From contig OX597815.1 of assembly GCA_951406725.2 (NCBI GenBank), positions 85,312,001 through 85,376,000 of the forward strand: 64,000 bases of DNA, read 5' to 3'. Position 1 is the first letter of the stretch. Each line of letters opens with the position of its first letter. The stretch is from Octopus vulgaris. Its lineage: Eukaryota. This document shows positions 55,705-64,000 of this stretch, one piece after another. The notes under the pieces were generated by a model. It did not search any database, was not told where the DNA came from, and worked only from the letters and a program-made list of their open reading frames with translations. A program made the position numbers and the translations under genes.

Positions 55705-58700
55705 TTAAGATTGAGCTTCTGTCTCTATTTCCATTTCTGTTTTTGTTGCTGTGTCTATTTCTGTTGTTGCTTTCTCTGAATTCCTTGATGCTAAATATTT
55801 TTTATATTGCTTTTCCATATTTTTAAATTTGTTTATCTTTTTCTTAATTTGATTTGGTGTATCTTGATAATAGTTCCTGTAATCTCTTGCCATTTTCTGT
55901 GAAAAAAAAAATTAATATCAGATATAAAAACCTAAACACATACACAAAAAATGACAATTAACTAAAAGAAAATAAGTAACACTTGTTCTGAAGCTTGCCA
56001 TCTTATAAAAATATAAAATTAATTCTGAAATTATCAGTCATAGACTTGGTTAATCCAGAAGTGCCTAACATTTTGAAAGAAATAAAAATAAACTAGTTTA
56101 CTCACTTCATAGTCTTCCCCATATTTTTCCATCATTAGTATACAGTATTTGACGTCTTCTTCTGCCATGGATTTTGGCCGTTTTCCTGCACTATTTGCTT
56201 CTTCTTCTAAACCTATCAACCAGGGAGAAAGGAAATGATCATATATAAAGGTTTGAAGTTTTAGGAGGTGAGACACCCACCTTCAAGAGATTTTATTCAA
56301 AAGTATACAAGTTTAGTGCTGGTTTTGTCAAATGACAAAGTTTTACTATTTTCGGTATAAAAGGGACGTAACTCAACGCAACTATCTACACTGGTACATA
56401 CAAAAAAAAAACTAATATACAAATGTGTGTGCGCACACGGCTTCCCTGCGTGTATATGTATCGACGATTATATCACCGCCAATAGTTGACTGATACTTTA
56501 TTGACCCATGGAGGATGAAAATCAAAATTGACCTCTGCAGGAATTGAATCTGAACAGAAAGGCATTTTGGGTTGATGCTAATAATTCTACACTTAAAAAT
56601 TATCAATACAGTTCTGAATTTTTTTTTTTTTTTTTGGTCAACTCAGATCCATACATATGTCATGTAATTATAATGCTGACAACAACTGCAACACGAAAAC
56701 CATGCATTTATTTAAATCAAATAGTTTATGTTCATCACTTCAAGACAACTAGCAACATTTATACATTTTTAGAGCTACTAAATGCATTTAGTATTTGCTC
56801 CTTTGTAGCTGAGATTAAACTTAACTTAAAGACTTGAAGTATTTAAAAAAATCACAAAACACCAGTGGGTAATAGATCTAGTGTAGTAGGGACCAAAATA
56901 AAGACTCATTGTGTGGTGTATACTAAGCTCAGTGGAGTCCATCTTCCCCTTCTCCAAACAATACCAAGTCTAGTTGAATTCACACAGCATACTGATTAAA
57001 TATTTGTTGGTTTCAGCATTGTTAATTGCATAAGGTACATAACCAGTACCAGGATGTGTAATGACTTCTTAACCAATACTCTGACACAGGTATTCAAGAT
57101 TTCCATGTTGGCATGGGTTGGGCAGTTTGACAAGAGTTGGCTAGACTGAAGACTGCACCATCCTTCATTGTCTGTTTTGATATGGTTTTTATGGCTGGAT
57201 GCCCTTTTTACAAGGCACCAGCAGAGACGAGGTCAAGATCTCATTTTCAGGAAATCAATGAATAGCCAAGATAACTGTCATCTGTTTAATCATCTACTTC
57301 AGCTGCTGAATTTGTGCATTTTCATGGTGAGGAATAAGATTCCACTTTGATAAATTATTTATGAATGCAAATAAATCCTAAATGCTTAACTCTGGTTTCA
57401 TCAAACTAAACATATGAGAGAAACCATAATTTTTAAGAATAGACTTTTAAGAATAATATTTCTACATGTCTTGCCCAGAAAAAGAACAAAGTATTTATAG
57501 TTGATTTTTAACTCATAACCCAGGAGCTAGTAATCCAATACCATATACACTTAATGATTTAACATCTTTGAACTAATAGATGTAGCAGAAGACTAAATGA
57601 TAATTTGATGGAATGCAAACAGTGAGAATTATCACATTAATAATATTGGAATGGTCAGCTTTCAAAATACTCAAACTATCCAAGTTGACAACAAAAAGAA
57701 GTTATTAACCTTTTACAACAAAATCTTTTCTAGGAGGTTTCTTTGTTTTATCCACTTCCATCGTTTCAGCTTCAAGGCTTCGATAACCCATGATATCCTG
57801 AAAATCAAATTTCACAGCAATAATTTTGGAAATTCAAGCAACAAAATATACTGAATAAAAAGAAGAAAAAAGTACTTTAGTAATTAAGCAAAAATAAAAC
57901 TGAAGATGCTTTACTGCTTTTAATACTAATGAATTGAAATTCCTCCAAGTTCTATGATTCAAACTTCCTGTTTTTAAATAGTCTTAAAACTTTCCATTAC
58001 AATTTCATGCTAATTTGTATCCTAGACACTAGCTTAATAATGACAAAGTTATTTTTCTAAATACTTATTAATTTCAAATTTAATCTGAAACACAGAAATA
58101 ATGCAACAAAAAGGTTAAGTCGATGAAGTTTGGAAAAGAAAAGATGATCAGGCATACCTTTACACTTGGAATAGGCAGTGTTTTATTAGGATTAAAACAA
58201 AGTCCCATGTCTTCAAAGTTGCTTTGTGAAGATTTACCCTTGTTCCAGAATTTCTTTATCAAAGCACTAGTGAATAAAAATAAGATTTTTTAAAAATGAA
58301 TTAAAACAATGGATTTAATTTTAAAGGTACTGTCATAACAATATCAAAATGAAAGCAACAACATAATCTAATAAATTTAGTATAAATCCAATCAAAATTA
58401 AACTGAAGAAATCACTGAAATTTCTATTTTATTCCTCCATAAATCTCACTCCGGAAGGAAAGATTGAACTTCTAATCCCTGGGCAGTAATAAAGCTTAAG
58501 TGATGGGCTAGTTTGATTCCTCAAACAAGTGAAATCATGGAGTTCACTACCCAAGAACTCTGAATACAAAGTACTTTACAGACCACCCGAAAAACCCCTA
58601 CAATTCAACTTATTCTTCACCATGGACTGGTACCTTCTTTAGTTAATTACAAAAGGAGAAAAAGTAAAGCAAACCTCAGTAGAATTTCAACTCACAACAC

Positions 58701-61628
58701 TAAGAACCAGAACAAATACTACAAGGCATTTTATATGTGTTCTATCAATATAGCTCTTGATATATTGAAAATGTTAGGCTATGTACGTTTTATGCTAATT
58801 ACTCCCATAGTAAATCAGTTTGTAGATATTTAGATGCCCAGATCAACCCATGAAAAACTATGGTCAAAAATATTCCATTCATAGCCATCCATCCTTTTTT
58901 AGAAAGTAAATATAAGACATCTTCCTTTTTACATTTACAATAATAGAATGAGACCTGACAGAGTTGGATGCTATTTCTACCTCATCAAGTGACTACATTT
59001 TGATTGCTCAACATAACATGCACTTTACCCCAGGTCAGCCCTGAAAGAGTAAGATCATCAAGGGCAATCCAGCAATAACCACTTCTTTTTTCTTCAAAGA
59101 TGGTTAGGCATGGGATAAAATATATTCACCATGTATTCCAAGATAGTCAAATGGCTAAATTGTGTCTCCTTCATTAACAGGTTATTTAGCCCTAGGTCAA
59201 ACCTGATCAAGTAGGCTTATGATCAAAGGCACTCCAACCATGACTGGCCAAATTTTTTCAAATAGTGCATCTTGGACATTTAGAAACCCAAAATATACAC
59301 ATAACATTGTGACCATTCAATACATATAAATATATATGGATGTGAATGTGAGTGTATGTATATATATATATATATATATATATACAGTCATCATGATCCT
59401 TTAAAGTCTGTTTTCCATGCTGGCACGGGTTGAACAGTTTGAGCAGAGCCAGCAAGCTGGAGAGCTGAATCAGGTTCTATTCTGTTTTGGCTTGGTTTCT
59501 ACAACTAGATGCTCTTGGAAATGAGCATCACTTGTATGGTAATGCTCACTTATGACTAATGTAATTTCAAGACAAGAGTGCACACAATAAATAAATGTGT
59601 TTGGAAGGGCATCCAACTGTAAAACCCCAACCAAAACAGACAGTGAAACCTAGTGCAGTCTTCTGCCTAACCAGTCCCAATCAAACCGTCCAACACATCC
59701 CACTCACAAAGATTAATTCAGCCCAGATTATAGAAACACTTGCCCATGGTACCCTGCAAAAGGAACCAAAACCACTTGGTTGGGAAGCAAGCTTCTTAAA
59801 CACACAGTCATGTCTGAGCCTAAAAGTGAAAAAAATAAAGACATGTCCATCCCAACTATTTTCAGACAAGTATCTTGGATTTATAATACCCAATATGTTC
59901 TCACTTTGCTTTAAAATGGTAGGATGCTATTTGAGGGATATTTAGTTGCTATCTCAAGTAGATCAAGCGTCTTTGGTTATTGAATGGTTGCAATAAAGCA
60001 GATTTTTCTGATTGCTTAAATGTACTTGATTTCATTGAGTGATTTTCGCTTTAAATTTAAGAAGGAAAAAAAAGGGTTAGGATAACAGTGTTTTTTAATT
60101 AAGGGTCAGTCTTGTGCTGGTAGATCTACGATCAAAAGCCTTCCAGCAGTGACTAAGATAACATCATCCAATATATCCTTCTTAAAGCTAGGATGGTGTG
60201 ATGTGAAAAAGATTTGATTGCTGTATCTAGCAGGTTGAATGACCATGAAGAGGCTGTTTAGTTGACTCGTCTTGCAGTGTTTCTCATGGAGGAGGGGGGG
60301 TTAAGATACAAGTTGCCAAGCTTAATAAAATTACGACAGCTTTAAACTTTTTAAAATTATTCCACTATGATAGTGAAGAAAGAATTATACTATGGATGCA
60401 AACTACTTTTTCATCTAATTAATAAAAAGGGTGAGGGGCAAATATTTCACTAATATTTTAAAGGGAGTGCTGGTATGTCATTTTGAGAACCACTAGTCTC
60501 AAAACAATTACAGTTTAGCCGTATGCCAATCTGGATCCAATAACGATATTTAATGCTGGTACTCATGTATGTTAGAGTTCCATTAATAAATTTCTCATTC
60601 GTCTAATATTTTGATTACCTCCCTTTGATTCTGCCAAGGACCTTTATAGTACATGAATACTTCTACATTAAATTTTTAAAAATACATCTTCGAAGTTTTT
60701 TCAAATTGGAAACTCATGGTGTAAGTGTCCATCAATATATACGGTATAGCTAGTTAATTGCCCTATTCTCTTTTGTTTTCTCAATAATGAATACTGTTTA
60801 CAATATAATTTTGTAAAGATACGTTTCGGAAGTTGTAGGTTGCAACCACGTTGAATTTAGTTGGGTTTTTTTTTTAATAGTTTTATATTTTATTCTGAAA
60901 AAAAAAAAAAGAACTTCATGTGGGCGGAAGTACAAAATACGTACACCACCCGTTTTCGGCGTAACAAAAACCCTAACCCTTAACACCCTTTCGCCTTCGT
61001 GTGTTTAACGATCAAGCAACTTCTAATTACTATTCACAGCGTAAAACAAGGAGCCTAATTTACGGTTAAAACTCCAAATATTTCTTTTACAATCAGTAAA
61101 GGAAATTGGAGTTAACGAGAAGACGTTTCCCTGGGTCACTTATAGTGTCAAACCCTACGTTTCCTAGCTCAACCACTCGAATTTTAGTATACCCACAGGC
61201 CTCGGTATAACCCTTGTTCCTAATACCCACATCAATCACTGTTTACAGTATGTAAGACAATTTAAGGTAGAAATAGCATTGAAATTTCTCGCAAACATCA
61301 TCTCGTCGTGTTATGGAACGAAAGAATGCCACGCTTTATAATACAGACCAAGATATCCTTAAAAGACAGGAATGTTACAGCTGCAATGCTTTTAACGAAG
61401 GCTGACTGCGTGCTAAACAATAATAAATTAAGAAATTCGTCAACGTCGGAAGTTATTTGTCGACGTTTTATAAAGAGTGAATACTCTCCACGTGGTGTAT
61501 CAAAGAAAGCGAGGCACTTACCAATCAATACTGGGCACTTTTTTCCTTTTCTTATTTTCCTGTCTTCGGTTAACATTATATCTATAACTATGCTTCGAAC
61601 GGACTTTTCGGCCAACACCTTTAGGCAT
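55705..61628 (-). CDS. NOP16: Nucleolar protein 16, 5 exons, 200 aa
   Basis: Exons 61628-61522, 58266-58158, 57797-57710, 56212-56106, 55896-55705, all GT-AG with consistent phases (603 nt). MPKG...YNVNRR...PSIDC, MGLCFNPNK and MMEKYGEDYEKMARDYRNYYQDTPNQIKKKI match the NOP16 family motif HGEDYKAMARDEKNYYQDTPKQI. Confidence 0.95.
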
Positions 61629-62650
61629 GTTTACTGTTCTATTGTAACTTAAATGTTAGAACAAATTAATGTTTAATATGAATCCAGTGACGAGTGAGCA
61701 AAAAACAAACAAATTTTCAAACCGGAAGTACATTGTGAGCGTGTTCATGGTGAACGGAAATAATGCCACAGAAAAGAAATGTCATGTGTGAGTTAAGAGA
61801 AGAAAAAAGTCGTAGAAAAGAAATGTTAGATTTCATTTAATAACCATAGATGAAGTAAATAAAAAAATATATATATTTCAAGAAGCTTATAACTATCAAA
61901 TCGATTTAATTTAAGCACAATGTCAACAAAATTTAAATGTGAAAAAAAAAAATTTTATTCACTATCTTAAGGAAAACAATGAAACAAAAGCTTCATTTAT
62001 TATTATTTTATTTTACCTAACTTTTAGTTTACCTAACTTTCGAAATAATCTTTTCTCCGATATACACGAGGTCAGAATTTTAGAAACGACGGGTTTTAGT
62101 CGATTTAAGTCGACAACGGCAAATTCTGAGAATAAAAATGCGAGATTAGATTGATTGAAATGAGATATAACTCATTAATGTATATTGTTAAAAAATATTT
62201 TTTAATCATTGAAAATTTTCATATCTTGAAGAAAAATTATTTTTATCGTTGACCCGGTTTTAGAATAGAATCACTTCCCTTGTGTTGTTAACCTAGAAGA
62301 GCGACACAAATTATTTGAGTTTCTATTGTTTTTCAAATAGAATAAATGGAAACAAAAATTGCTTCCAACTACTTGTCTCTGCCATTTTTGAGAAAACGAA
62401 GTATATATTTCTTATAAATAGGTAGTTATTCGTAATTGGGACCGTTTAGTTCAACCCTGATCTTGCTGACGTATGATCAAACACATTCACACCGTGATTA
62501 TCCCATGCATTTAAGCCTATGTAGGACTACATTATGTAACGTGAGCTTCTTTTATCAATAGTATAAGATTTGAGGGAGATCTGAATGTTAATTTGTCGCA
62601 AGTTCAGCGATTGCTGAACTTGGAAATCTCACACCTCGTCACGCAATGAG
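60800..62650. promoter_or_regulatory. CpG-enriched NOP16 promoter / first-intron region with ETS (CGGAAGT) motifs
   Basis: CpG is much denser than in the rest of the window; ACCGGAAGT at 61721 (~95 bp upstream of the ATG), GCGGAAGT ~60924, TCGGAAGT ~60826 and ~61446. Confidence 0.65.
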
Positions 62651-62833
62651 AAAAATATGTTACCATTACAAAATATTAAATAGATAAAAACAGAAAAAAT
62701 GCTACAGGGTTTATTGACAAAAGTAAACGGACAATATCAGTAAAATATAATGTTATAAATGTTTTGGGTCACCTCAAAATTTGTTAGAGGCAAAATCCTA
62801 GTATTTCCAGCTGTGTTATATAATTCACACGCG

Positions 62834-62871
<38 letters not shown>

Positions 62872-62881
62872 GTGTTGAAAA

Positions 62882-63059
62882 TGCACTGAGATTCGTTTAG
62901 ATTTTTTACTTTAAAGAGTTAACCGGTTTCACACAGACATGGAGTGCAGCATAGTTCCACGTCTTTCTATCTCTACTTTTAAAAATCAAAGAAATCTGTG
63001 AAACCGGTTAAGTCTTTAGAAATTTTTGAATAGAAAAAGTCTAAAGAAATCTCAGTGCA
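62882..63059. mobile_element. Foldback MITE within (TA)n
   Basis: TGCACTGAGATT...AATCTCAGTGCA ends and internal TTAACCGGTTTCAC / GTGAAACCGGTTAA inverted repeats. Confidence 0.7.
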
Positions 63060-63339
63060 CTTCATTTATATATATATATATATATATTCTTTTATTTGTT
63101 TCAGTCATTTGACTGCGGCCATACTGAAGCACCGCCTTTAGTCGAAGAAATCGACCCCCAGGACTTATACTTTGTAAGCCTATACTTATTCTATCGGAAT
63201 ATTTTGTCGAACTGCTAAGTTACGGGGACGTAAACACACCAAGGTTGTCAAGCGATCATGGCGTCGAGGAGATACAAACTCAGACACACAAACATATGTA
63301 TATATCCCGTTCCAGTAGGCTAGCAGGAACCCTAACCCT

Positions 63340-63342
<3 letters not shown>

Positions 63343-63428
<86 letters not shown>
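63343..63428. repeat. (TA)n microsatellite (others near 19986, 22813, 26975, 29527, 39826, 45311, 46033, 62838; (TG)n near 26178)
   Basis: Directly visible. Confidence 0.95.
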
Positions 63429-63431
<3 letters not shown>

Positions 63432-63459
63432 TGTAAACATAAATCCAAAAAAAGCACAC

Positions 63460-64000
63460 TCTAAGTTATAGAGCAGTATGTATTAAAAGTTAGATAAGGC
63501 TGGTTTATGAGATTACCTTAGATTTCACGTCCTTAAGTGGCTTGGCTTTATGGCGTATCATCAGATCCCAAAACTTGTTGGCTAAAGGCCTCTCTAACAA
63601 GTGGCCTTTCTAGGATATGGGGGAGGAAATGGCCTCATTACTAAATGTCAACAAAGGGGATTGTCTCTTCTTGGCTATCAATCGCCGATGTCAACAATAG
63701 GGGTTGTGTTCCTTTGTCTATCGATCACCCGTGGCCCGGTTATCCCGTGGGTTCCAATAGGTTAGCAGGAATTTCCTGAAATGTAAACGCAGTCCGAAGA
63801 CCTTCGTTCTGGAATTCAAGATGTTTCCTGGGTCGAGGGAGTCCTTTAGGATCCTCACCCGTTCCGCTATGCATAATTTACAGAGTTTGATTCCGTTAAT
63901 GTAGGGGCCTGGATTCTCTAGGATTCTCCATGATGTGTATGGAATCCCGTCGTCTATTAGCTGCCATACATGGCTGGCTAATGACGTGACGAATCTCCTT
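63460..64000 (-). mobile_element. Penelope-like retroelement 3' end (GIY-YIG endonuclease C-terminus plus terminal repeat), runs off the window
   Basis: Minus-strand translation TSLASHVWQL...WRILE..GPY...KLCKLCIAERVRIL...ILNSRT...HFRKFLL fits the PLE endonuclease C-terminal pattern (LS.H.W.L, CxLC, LN.R, H..KFLL); GC/CpG-rich. Confidence 0.8.
63505..63573 (-). ncRNA. Type I hammerhead ribozyme motif
   Basis: Minus strand reads UUUUGGGAU-CUGAUGA-U-ACGCC(19 nt)GGACGU-GAAA-UCUAAGG-UA^AUCUCAUAA: intact core, helices I and II, short helix III, GUA cleavage triplet. Confidence 0.75.

Noticed and set aside
61298-61652. ORFs 61298-61618(-) and 61308-61652(+) as separate genes
   Set aside because: They are alternate-frame or antisense overlaps of NOP16 exon 1 and its intron, without recognisable motifs.

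Overview
AT-rich animal genomic DNA. The SINE/RTE repeat families and gene content suggest an octopus (inference). The + strand carries the 3' part of a type-1 (myoferlin/dysferlin-like) ferlin gene: 19 phase-consistent exons from 702 to the stop at 42324, about 780 aa, covering the last three C2 domains and the tail anchor. A complete 5-exon NOP16 gene lies convergently on the - strand (61628->55705, 200 aa) with a CpG-rich, ETS-motif promoter. The rest is introns and intergenic DNA with decayed mariner, Tc1, piggyBac, hAT, RTE, SINE and Penelope elements. The most notable signal is in the 13.6-kb ferlin intron at the position of dysferlin's calpain-cleavage exon 40a. It holds several frame-preserving phase-0 cassette exon and microexon candidates, one encoding a CxxC + poly-Arg membrane-anchor/NLS-like peptide. 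Other highlights are a type I hammerhead ribozyme in a Penelope-like element, a 133-bp-arm hairpin between the two convergent genes, and a dead tandem copy of the last NOP16 exon. All calls were made by eye; no database searches were run.
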